Source: Oculatellaceae cyanobacterium bins.114 (GTDB lineage: Bacteria > Cyanobacteriota > Cyanobacteriia > Elainellales > Elainellaceae). From it: a DNA stretch of 64,000 nt. The DNA lies in NCBI GenBank assembly GCA_033764315.1, contig JANRJA010000191.1, forward strand, positions 21,249 through 85,248. Reading direction: 5' to 3'. How positions within the stretch are numbered: the first letter of the stretch is position 1; each line of letters begins with the position of its first letter. Made by a program: the position numbers and the translations under genes. The notes beneath the pieces were generated by a model. The model was not told where the DNA came from. It did not search any database and saw nothing but the letters and a program-made list of their open reading frames with translations. Below are positions 29,316 to 38,351 of the stretch, piece after piece.

Positions 29316-30842
29316 CTATAGGGAACCGCTAAAGCGATTGATTGCCAAAGGCTGAGCCATTGCGGTTTGATACATTTTTTCCATTGCTGGACGTAATTTT
29401 TCGGCGTATTGAGTAATCTCGGCAAAACGCGATCGATACTCTGGCAAATACTCCTTGAGTTCAGCTAATACTTCGTGTTCGTTGATAGTTAGAATCTGTG
29501 CATCTTTTACCACCTGTTGACCGTTAATAAACACACTGCGAATCGACTGCCCATGTTCTGCATAAACGAGATGGATTGGCAATCGATTACGAGGCGTGAA
29601 GCTAAGCGAGTTCAAATCGTAGAGAACAAAATCAGCTTTCATGCCAGGGGCGATCGCCCCAATTTCTTGTTCTAACATTGCAGATTTAGCACCGCCATAA
29701 GTTGCCCATTTCAGCACATCCGCCGCTCTGGGATAGTGCTCATAGCGATGATCTGTGACGGAATGCAACATACCTGCTGTCTTAATCACATCAAACATGT
29801 TGAAAGAGTCATTAGAACTCATCCCATCAGACCCCAGTGCAATATTTACCCCTGCTGCCTTCAGTTCCCGAATAGGGGCAATGCCACTACACAGCCTGAA
29901 ATTGCTAACTACGTTATGAATCACAGTTGCGCCTGCTTCGGCAATCAGGTCAATGTCTCCAGGCGTTAACCAAACCCCGTGGGCGATCGCCGTGCGGTGG
30001 GTGAGAATGCCATGCCGTTTAGCGTAGCTCACCACGGTTTCACCATACAACTCTGGTCCAGTTACTGCCTGAGTTTTGGTTTCCACTAAGTGGGTGTGAA
30101 TGGGTATGTTGTATTCCTCAGATAATGCGCTAATGCGGTGCATTAGCTCAGGGGTGACCCGTTGTGAGGCAGAAGGAGCCAACACCAAGGTGACTAATCC
30201 CTCTCGTCCGTGCCATTTGCTGTGCAATCGGCGGAACAAATCGACCCAATCATCATCAGACATCCCTTGCGCTGACTCAAATTCTTGCTTCACGTCATTG
30301 GGCAAGATCTCATCTAGATAGGGAATGGTGTGATGCAGCGGTTTATTAATGCAATGGAGCGATAAGCTCACTCGCAACCCCAGATCGACGTAGGCTTGAG
30401 CCACCGCATCAAAAATTTCTGGTGTGGTGTAAGGCAATTCCAGTAAGTCATCCTGGATCGTAGTGGCTCCAGACTTGACCATCTCCATTGCCCCAATCAG
30501 GGTTCTCAGATAACACAAACGGGGACTCAGATGCTTTGTCACTCTTGGAGAGTAACTGTATAACATCCACAGTTCCAAAGGCAGTGCCTCATAGCTGCCC
30601 TTGTCCAAAATTTCCATTGAGTGGGCATGGGCATTGACAAATCCTGGAATGAGTAATTGATCGGTTGCATCAATCACTAACATCCCAGATTCAACTAAGT
30701 CGATTTCAGGGGCAACCTGAGTGATGCGATCGCCCTCAACCAACACATCCGCACAACAGGGTTCCAGATCAAGAGAGCGATCGGAATTGAGAGTAAAGGG
30801 CAAAATCGTTGCGTTCTTAATCAGAAGACTGACGTGAGACAT
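29316..30842 (-). CDS. Amidohydrolase family protein (MTA/SAH deaminase, AtzA/TrzA-like)
   Basis: PGFVNAHAH, HTHLVET, AHGVW, LGSDG and GAIAPGMKAD. Confidence 0.88.
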   Translation of the reverse strand: MSHVSLLIKNATILPFTLNSDRSLDLEPCCADVLVEGDRITQVAPEIDLVESGMLVIDATDQLLIPGFVNAHAHSMEILDKGSYEALPLELWMLYSYSPRVTKHLSPRLCYLRTLIGAMEMVKSGATTIQDDLLELPYTTPEIFDAVAQAYVDLGLRVSLSLHCINKPLHHTIPYLDEILPNDVKQEFESAQGMSDDDWVDLFRRLHSKWHGREGLVTLVLAPSASQRVTPELMHRISALSEEYNIPIHTHLVETKTQAVTGPELYGETVVSYAKRHGILTHRTAIAHGVWLTPGDIDLIAEAGATVIHNVVSNFRLCSGIAPIRELKAAGVNIALGSDGMSSNDSFNMFDVIKTAGMLHSVTDHRYEHYPRAADVLKWATYGGAKSAMLEQEIGAIAPGMKADFVLYDLNSLSFTPRNRLPIHLVYAEHGQSIRSVFINGQQVVKDAQILTINEHEVLAELKEYLPEYRSRFAEITQYAEKLRPAMEKMYQTAMAQPLAINRFSGSL

Positions 30843-31395
30843 AGATGTTGTCTCAATTGATGATTCAAAAGGTTGGATTAAGCATAAATTCAGTCATTCT
30901 TAGAAAATGTCATACAAGATACATATCGATTTTTTCTCTGCTATATCCACAAACACATCTTAAATCAATTGCTTAATTGACAAGTCAGATTCGATTTAAT
31001 TTACGGTTTGCTTCATTTTTTGCTACATTATTGTTTTAATCACAATCCAAGCAATTCACTGTAACCGATTCATTAAGTGCTTTGCTAGTACATATCTTTT
31101 ACATACTTAACGAACATCAAATCAAGTTTAGATGAACGTATATTGATACTCGACTTTCAATAACTTCAGTACGACCAGAGCTGCATCACTGCTTAGGCCA
31201 GGAATAGGGAACGATCGTTCAAAAAAAATAAGAAGTTCATCATGAGTACCAAAGCAAACATCAACCACAATTAATATCTCGTTCTAAAGCATGTTGAAGA
31301 ATTAGCTTGAATCACACCCATAATTTTACTGAAAGATGAGTTGAAATAGACTTGAATCTGCGAATATCGTAATCTCAAAGAAAGGAATTGCGATT

Positions 31396-31409
31396 GTATT
31401 AAAGATTAC
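31396..31409. promoter_or_regulatory. NtcA-type site GTA-TTAAAGAT-TAC
   Basis: Consensus GTAN8TAC preceded by T, in the long divergent intergenic region. No -10 box at the canonical 22-nt spacing. Confidence 0.45.
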
Positions 31410-31709
31410 TTTTTCTTCCAATTAAATTCTGGTAATCCTATTTGAGACAAGAATAGAACTTAAAAAGTAATATACAGCAACAGTCAAAACAGTTGATTCA
31501 AGAAGGGGGGCTTTGCTCAAGCCAAAGGGTGTAAAACCCTTGCACCCCTCCTAATCAATGCTTCAGTTGCCATAGCTTGTTGCTTTTCTACGGAGTGGTT
31601 GAGAGAGTGTGACGTGAGTGTTTTTTGCACTCCAATTTGCCGTTCTTGCCCTTTCTAGTAACACCTCTATTCTTGAATAGACCTTCTTAATAAGACAGAG
31701 ATATTTATT

Positions 31710-32681
31710 GTGCAAGATCCAGTTCTTCTAAATGACTGGCACATTGTTGCTAGAGCCGAGGATGTTCCTCCAATGCACCTTTTGCAGGTTTATCTTCTAG
31801 GTCATCGATTGGTGTTATGGCGATGTGAGGATCAAATCAAGGTATGGCAAGATCAGTGCCCCCATCGGGGTATTCCCCTTTCATCAGGGTGGGTTCAAGA
31901 TCAAAACACATTGGTCTGTCCTTATCACGGCATGGTATTTGATGGAGAAGGGCATTGTCTTCATGTTCCCGCTAGTCCGGCGATCGCTACTTTCCCCAAA
32001 ACTTCTCAGGTTCGTTCCTTTTTAGCCAAAGAACAATATGGGTATATCTGGGTGACTTTGGGAAAACCAGTACACGATATTCCCTACTTTGCAGAATGGG
32101 ATCAACCGGGTTTCTTTCACTTCTTATGCGGTGCTTATACCATCAACACGAGTGCCCCGCGAGTTATTGAAAACTTTACTGATGTCGCTCACCTTCCCTT
32201 TGTGCATGAAGGGTTGTTGGGCGATCGCGCTCATCCTGAAATTTCTGAATATCAATTAACGACAGATCACAATGGACTGACAGCACACAATATTGAGTTT
32301 TATCAACCTGATCCAGAAGGAACAGGCGAAGCAAAGTCAGTGTCCTATATCTACAAAATTTTGCGTCCGTTAATTGCTTATTTCTGCAAAGGATCGGATG
32401 AATTTCAGTTCTCCATTTTTCTAGCTGTCACACCCGTTGAAGAACTAAAAAGTATTGCCTGGTTGGGTGTTTCTAGAAACTATGCTCCCGATGCTAAAGC
32501 AGAAGATTTACGAGCGTTTCAAGATCATTTAATGTCGCAAGATATTCCCATGTTAGAGTCTCAGCATCCACAACGATTGCCACTTGATCTGCAAGCAGAA
32601 TTTCACTTTCCTGCTGACCAGTTGGCGATCGCTTATCGTAAATGGTTAAAACAACTGGGATTAGTATTTGGGACTTGCTAG
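31710..32681 (+). CDS. Rieske oxygenase, VanA/NdmA-type demethylase-like
   Basis: DQCPHRG...CPYHG, ENFTDVAHLPFVH, QD...LESQ.P and YRKWL; GTG start. Confidence 0.85.
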   Translation: MQDPVLLNDWHIVARAEDVPPMHLLQVYLLGHRLVLWRCEDQIKVWQDQCPHRGIPLSSGWVQDQNTLVCPYHGMVFDGEGHCLHVPASPAIATFPKTSQVRSFLAKEQYGYIWVTLGKPVHDIPYFAEWDQPGFFHFLCGAYTINTSAPRVIENFTDVAHLPFVHEGLLGDRAHPEISEYQLTTDHNGLTAHNIEFYQPDPEGTGEAKSVSYIYKILRPLIAYFCKGSDEFQFSIFLAVTPVEELKSIAWLGVSRNYAPDAKAEDLRAFQDHLMSQDIPMLESQHPQRLPLDLQAEFHFPADQLAIAYRKWLKQLGLVFGTC

Positions 32682-32735
32682 TTTACATCCAGCATTGGGC
32701 CTATCTAATCAAACCAGTAGTGGCATGTAACCCGC

Positions 32736-32804
32736 TATAGCAATCCTAAATCATTTGTGAGATTAGGAGGTTGTGAGAGTCGCAACCCATTTGGGATTGC
32801 TATA
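32736..32804. mobile_element. MITE-like element (same family as 10262-10332)
   Basis: TATAGCAATCCTAAAT...ATTTGGGATTGCTATA. Confidence 0.75.
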
Positions 32805-32826
32805 TAAACGCGATCAAACAAAACCA

Positions 32827-34254
32827 TCACGCCAACCAACCCTGGGCGATCGCTTGATAGAGTGCCTGATAGCGAGTACGAGCTTTGAGCTTGGTCAACA
32901 CGTTGTTAATGTGAAATTTCACTGTACTCTCACTAATCAAAATCGTATTCGCAATATCGCGATCGCGCAGTCCCTGAGCCAACAAGGATAAAATCTCTTG
33001 TTCTCGATCTGACAAGATGGGCACCTCCGGCATGGTTGGTTCAATTCCCCAACGTTTGCCTTGCAACACACTGGCTAACGCCTCACGCAATTGAGCCGGA
33101 GTCAGATTTAAGTTGAGACTGGCATGAACTCCCTTGGGTAACGCCTGATGAAGCGTATTAACCCACAACACCAATTGAGCCGTAGATAGCAACTCAATAT
33201 TTTCTGTCAAGAGAGGAATTTTTGTATCTGGGGTGCTATAAACCGTCAAGCCTGCTAAATAGGCAAGATGAGTAAACGCCAGTTGCAAAACAGGCGATCG
33301 GCATTGCACCCGAATGCCCATACCAACCGGGCAACTACCATATGGCAATTTCAGCAGAACTTGAATTACTTTTTGATGGGTTCCTTGTTGGGTTTGCAAC
33401 ACTCCCCCCAGACAAGAGGCTGCAAAGATAAGTTCGCCAAAGGCAGAGTGAAGCCAATCATGCGTTGGCATAGATTCTTCTGGTGCAGAAATAATGGCTT
33501 CCATTGCCACTGCATCAGCACTATAAGTGAGCCGACAGTAAATGCAATTTAACTGCTGCAACACCTCTGCCGCCCGCAAAAAGACATGGCTGACCGAGAT
33601 GGGCAAGGCTTGCTCTGTGCCAACTAATGTGAGTCGCACAGCCCGCAACACTGTTGCAATTTGATCTGACAAAGAAGGATTGGGATTGGATAAAACTGGA
33701 GTCGCCTGCCAAGATTGCTTTTCTTGTTGATAACGCAAGGCAATATCAAGTGCGACTGAAACCGTGGTACAGAGACTCCGTAACACCTCTAAAAATTCTG
33801 GAGCCATCGAATTTTGGCTAAACAAAGCCAACACCCCAACCACCCGATCGTCAATCTCTAAGGGATATCCGGCAAAGCCCCGAATATGGTTAGCGATCGC
33901 CCACTCTCGGTCTTTGACCCACGACTCTTCAGGCAAGTTGTTGCTGAGAAACGACACCCGATTTTGGGCAATCTTGCCAACTTTAAATGCCCCCATTGGC
34001 ACTTTACCAAAAAAGCCATCCGTGTGGGTATACATCCCCGATGAGGCAACCAGACGCAATGCAGTGCGATCAGGTTCGACCAGCCAGATGCGGGCAAAAG
34101 CACAGTCAAATTGAGCCACTAGCCCTTCGGTGACATGACGAGCGATCGCCTCTGGGTCTAAACAGCCACCCAAACGCTGAGCAATTTCATTTCCCCGTTG
34201 CAGATCAAATAGAAGTCGCGTTGAATCCAGTAGTTCAAGAATCGGTTCAGCCAC
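32827..34254 (-). CDS. GAF domain plus C-terminal LuxR-type HTH transcriptional regulator
   Basis: N-terminal GAF-like region (ARIWL, LRLVASSG, FAGYPL...VGVLALF); C-terminal LSDREQEIL.LLAQGL.D.DIA..I.ISESTVKFHINN. Confidence 0.88.
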   Translation of the reverse strand: MAEPILELLDSTRLLFDLQRGNEIAQRLGGCLDPEAIARHVTEGLVAQFDCAFARIWLVEPDRTALRLVASSGMYTHTDGFFGKVPMGAFKVGKIAQNRVSFLSNNLPEESWVKDREWAIANHIRGFAGYPLEIDDRVVGVLALFSQNSMAPEFLEVLRSLCTTVSVALDIALRYQQEKQSWQATPVLSNPNPSLSDQIATVLRAVRLTLVGTEQALPISVSHVFLRAAEVLQQLNCIYCRLTYSADAVAMEAIISAPEESMPTHDWLHSAFGELIFAASCLGGVLQTQQGTHQKVIQVLLKLPYGSCPVGMGIRVQCRSPVLQLAFTHLAYLAGLTVYSTPDTKIPLLTENIELLSTAQLVLWVNTLHQALPKGVHASLNLNLTPAQLREALASVLQGKRWGIEPTMPEVPILSDREQEILSLLAQGLRDRDIANTILISESTVKFHINNVLTKLKARTRYQALYQAIAQGWLA

Positions 34255-34465
34255 GCCAGAATTACCAGAGCCTTTCGTTATTCAGACGCAGATACCCAAT
34301 TTGCTCTGTATCTAGGACTACATTTCCGTTGAGTTATCAGGAGATAAAAGCTTATACCATCCCTAGAAATGGGGACGACCCATCAATCTCTTGGTCAAAG
34401 CATCTGTCAGAGCATTTCGCAAAACGCCCTTGCCGCTCAAAGGTCTAATAACCCTCGACTATTCC

Positions 34466-34532
34466 AGATCCCCAGTTTCAAGGGATGGAACTAAGCACCT
34501 TTCAGGCAGCTTCAATAAGAAACCGGGGATCT
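34466..34532. repeat. 67-bp AGATCCCCAGTTT...AAACCGGGGATCT element
   Basis: Same terminal repeats and length as 6278-6344. Confidence 0.7.
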
Positions 34533-34743
34533 AAACCCCTATCAGGTCGGGTTAAGGTCAAGAAACCTAACGGAGCAACTGGCGTTGGGTTTCACCTCGT
34601 TCAACCCAACCTGTTAACTGTGCATTTTCAAAAAGAATCAGTCTAAAGCTAGAAACTGTCAAAAAATAAAGCCAACACAAACAGTTTTAAACTGCGTTGT
34701 ATCGGCTTATCTAAAAGTTGTAATTAATTTTTGGAAAACAAAA

Positions 34744-35145
34744 TCAGGTAGACGGTTTTACTTGTTTTGCCATATCCATAAACCGATTTAAGCTTGGCCC
34801 CGGACGACGACGACTGTTGCCCGATGTAGTCGTCAAAAAGTTGGGGGCAAAAGTCGGAGGAGCCGCAGGAGCCGAAGCTGCTGGAGCTTTACCATTTGAA
34901 GACTCAGTCTTAACAGGTTCAGCCACAACGGGTTGTGGAGTTGCTACTGCTTTCACAGGTTCTGCTTTGACAGGCTCTGGCTTAGCCGCAGGAGCAGATG
35001 CTTTTATCTCTGGCTTAGGACTTGAATCTTCTAATTCAAGAAAATATTCAGACTTTTTACCAATTCCAACTAACCCCAACACACCTTTTATGAATCCACC
35101 TAAAAATGCAAAAATGCCACCGATTAATTTTTGGATAACGCCCAT
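34744..35145 (-). CDS. Hypothetical protein with an N-terminal amphipathic/hydrophobic segment and a Pro/Ala-rich linker
   Basis: ATG start, EYFLEL motif and C-terminal RRRPGPSLNRFMDMA, as seen in cyanobacterial conserved hypotheticals. Confidence 0.7.
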   Translation of the reverse strand: MGVIQKLIGGIFAFLGGFIKGVLGLVGIGKKSEYFLELEDSSPKPEIKASAPAAKPEPVKAEPVKAVATPQPVVAEPVKTESSNGKAPAASAPAAPPTFAPNFLTTTSGNSRRRPGPSLNRFMDMAKQVKPST

Positions 35146-35523
35146 TGTTGCGATCGCTCCTAACTGTTCTCAAATATCAGTTTAAACGCCTTTAACCCTA
35201 TGGTAGAGACGAAATTTAGCCCCAAATCAACATCCTCGATTGACGCACCAATTATGAGATTTCCTAAGAGCACTCACAAGATTAGTTCAAGTTATTTTAC
35301 AAAAGTTTATGAGAAGAACTAAATAAGTACAATTACTCATTTTCGGAGTTAGTCAGCCCCATAACAACTTTAATAAAAAGGTAAAGAACCCGCCTCAAAT
35401 AAGTTGAAGTGCCTTTGATCAAATCAACCAAAGAATTGGCACAAACCGTTGCTCTGTTTTACATGAGTTGACGCTTACTTTAATACTACTTCGTTGTTGA
35501 AAGTCTGGAGCAAGATGACATCG

Positions 35524-36339
35524 CTACCGAGGTTGCATGAGTGCTTGAAATTCAGGATTTTGACGAATTCCATCAAAGCAGATGTCGGTCTGTGCCATCA
35601 CGCGATAAAGATTAGGACTCAACACCAGTGCCCGATGCAGGTTTTTAAGGGCTAGCTCAGATTCACCTTGCACTGCAAACGAGCAGGCTTTGCCATACCA
35701 AGCATTGGCATTATCGGGTTGATATTTCAAAGATTTCTCAAAACTCATGATTGCCTCTGAATGGCGATCGAGCTTTGATAACACCATGCCCCGATAGCTC
35801 CAGGCATAGTGGCAACTGGGTTTAATAGCTAAAGCTGTATCGAGGCTGGTGAGGGCATCGTTATAGCGACGGCTCGATGACAGTGCCACTCCTCGGCTAT
35901 ACCACACTCGGTAGTTATTGGGCTTTAGCTCTACAGCCTGATCAAAGCTGGCGATCGCCTCTGCATAGCGATATAGACAGCTATAGGCATGTCCCAGGTT
36001 ATACCAGGCTTTTGAGTCGGTTGAGTCAAGTTTTAAAGCTCTGTTAAAACTGGCAACCGCTTCTTCATAGCGACCTAACTTGGCCTGAGCAATCCCTTTT
36101 CCATGCCATGCCAGGGCGTACTTGGTGTTAATTCTAATGGCTCGATCAAAACTGGCGATCGCTTCCTCATGAAACCCCAACTCATAGAGAGAAAAACCTC
36201 TCTGGGCCCAAGCTTCGTAGTGTTCAGGCTGGTCTTTAAGAAACTTGTCAAAGCGTGAGATCGCTCCTTCAAAGCGTCCCACTCCATACAAGGCATTTCC
36301 CTGGCTAAACCAGGTCTGACTGTCATAATTTTGACTCAT
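35524..36339 (-). CDS. Tetratricopeptide repeat protein
   Basis: About seven 34-aa repeats (AW..RG..L..LGR..EAIASFD.A). Confidence 0.92.
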   Translation of the reverse strand: MSQNYDSQTWFSQGNALYGVGRFEGAISRFDKFLKDQPEHYEAWAQRGFSLYELGFHEEAIASFDRAIRINTKYALAWHGKGIAQAKLGRYEEAVASFNRALKLDSTDSKAWYNLGHAYSCLYRYAEAIASFDQAVELKPNNYRVWYSRGVALSSSRRYNDALTSLDTALAIKPSCHYAWSYRGMVLSKLDRHSEAIMSFEKSLKYQPDNANAWYGKACSFAVQGESELALKNLHRALVLSPNLYRVMAQTDICFDGIRQNPEFQALMQPR

Positions 36340-36705
36340 GGCACCTGTGAGTCTAAAGGTAGATCCTGAAATAAATAATGAGACAACAGGCTTAATGAAA
36401 GCGATGCGATGGTTAGGCCCCAGTGATAGACCCTATCAACGATCGACTGTCATTACGCCACACTCCCTCAAGAGATAGTCATAAAAAATAATCTATGTAG
36501 GAGTGCTTAGAGATACATTGTAGTCTTCTCTCGACCCGTAGTGCCACCCTTGTCAAACCCATAAATCTATGATAGCAGAAAAAGAATAAACCTCTCATCT
36601 GCATTTAATCAATCTGTATTCAAATATTCTGCCCAACCCTATAGTTTGAAAAGATATCACAGTGGAAAATAGATCAGAACTGTCTCTTGTTTTAATTATT
36701 ACTCA

Positions 36706-38115
36706 ATGATTAATGATCAATCTACCCATCGCATTGAGCGCGACTCTATGGGAGAACGCCAGATTCCTTCAACGGTTTACTATGGCATTCAAACTTTGCG
36801 CGCGATCGAAAATTTTCCCATTAGCGGGCTAAAGCCGTTACCGATGTATGTTGATGCGGGGATTTTGATTAAAAAGGCAACCGCGATCGCCAATGGTGAA
36901 TTGGGTTGCATTCCTCCAGAGATTAGTCAGGCAATCGTGCAGGCGGCCGATGAGATATTGCGGGGCAACCTGCGCGATCAGTTTGTGGTAGATGTCTATC
37001 AAGCTGGAGCAGGCACCTCTCACCACATGAACTTGAATGAAGTGTTGGCAAACCGTGCTCTAGAGATCTTGGGAGATGAAAAAGGCAACTATCAGCGCGT
37101 CAGCCCCAATGACCATGTCAACTATGGGCAATCGACCAATGATGTGATTCCTACGGCAATCCGGATTGGCGGCTTGTTGGCGTTAGAGCACAGCTTGTAT
37201 CCTGCTTTGTCAGAGGCGATCGCGGCACTTGACACCAAAGCGGAGGAATACCAGGATGTCGTCCGGTCGGGTAGAACGCATCTGCAAGATGCAGTTCCCG
37301 TGCGGATGGGTGAAACCTTTCGGGCTTGGGCGCAGATTTTGACCGACCACCTGAGCCGCCTGGAAACCGCTGCTGAAGATCTGACCGTGTTGGGGTTGGG
37401 GGGCAGTGCCGCAGGCACCGGGTTAAACACCCACCCTAACTATCGCTATCGGGTGGCGGAGTTGTTGTCTGAGTTAATTGACCAACCCCTCAAACCTGCA
37501 CCACACCTGATGGCCGCAATGCAAAGCATGGCTCCCTTTGTCAATGTCTCAGGGGGACTCCGCAATCTTGCGCAAGATTTGGTGAAGATGTCTCATGACT
37601 TGCGGTTAATGGATTCAGGGCCAATGACCGGGTTAAAGGAAATTCAATTGCCCCCCGTGCAACCCGGTTCCTCGATCATGCCTGGAAAGTACAATCCCGT
37701 GATTGCTGAGATGACCTCGATGGTGTGTTTTCAGGTGATGGGCTATGACACGGCGATCGCCCTGGCGGCTCAAGCAGGACAGTTAGAACTGAATGTGATG
37801 ATGCCGCTGATTGCCTATAACCTGATTCAAAGCATCACCATTTTGGGGAACACCGTCGGTACGTTAGCAGAGAAGTGTTTAAAGGGGATCACCGTCAGGC
37901 GCGATCGCTGCCTGGAATACGCCGAAAAGAGCCTCTCTCTGGTAACGGCACTGAATACTCACATCGGTTACTTAAATGCCGCTACAGTCGCCAAGGAATC
38001 GCTGGAAACCGGAAAATCGTTGCGGCAGATTGTCTTAGAAAAAGGGTTAATGACCGAAGCTGAGTTGTCGCAGGTGCTTGACCTGGAAAGCATGAGTGCA
38101 ATGCCTGAGAATTAA
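36706..38115 (+). CDS. aspA: Aspartate ammonia-lyase (fumarase/aspartase superfamily)
   Basis: RIERDSMGE, YYGIQTLRAIENF, QAGAGTSHHMN, GRTHLQDA and signature GSSIMPGKYNP. Confidence 0.88.
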   Translation: MINDQSTHRIERDSMGERQIPSTVYYGIQTLRAIENFPISGLKPLPMYVDAGILIKKATAIANGELGCIPPEISQAIVQAADEILRGNLRDQFVVDVYQAGAGTSHHMNLNEVLANRALEILGDEKGNYQRVSPNDHVNYGQSTNDVIPTAIRIGGLLALEHSLYPALSEAIAALDTKAEEYQDVVRSGRTHLQDAVPVRMGETFRAWAQILTDHLSRLETAAEDLTVLGLGGSAAGTGLNTHPNYRYRVAELLSELIDQPLKPAPHLMAAMQSMAPFVNVSGGLRNLAQDLVKMSHDLRLMDSGPMTGLKEIQLPPVQPGSSIMPGKYNPVIAEMTSMVCFQVMGYDTAIALAAQAGQLELNVMMPLIAYNLIQSITILGNTVGTLAEKCLKGITVRRDRCLEYAEKSLSLVTALNTHIGYLNAATVAKESLETGKSLRQIVLEKGLMTEAELSQVLDLESMSAMPEN

Positions 38116-38351
38116 GATCAATTTGATTTGAAAGCAGTGAAAATGCTACCCCTCCCAACCTCCCCTTGGCAAGGGGAGGTGCCGTAGGCGGTGGGGTCAA
38201 GTGCAAGGTTCACGGTTTAGACTGGTATGGGACAGAGGACAGGAGGCAAAGCCACCGAATCTACGTTTCCAGGCGGAACTTGAGAAGGCGAGCTTTGCTC
38301 TGGTAGCCGCGAATTGATTCGCTGGGCTGCTTAAACCGAACTGACGTTAAC

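Noticed and set aside
38147-38198. GC-rich hairpin after aspA, with similar ones at about 19280-19310 and 50794-50835
   Set aside because: These are common cyanobacterial intergenic palindromic repeats with no evidence of a specific novel role.
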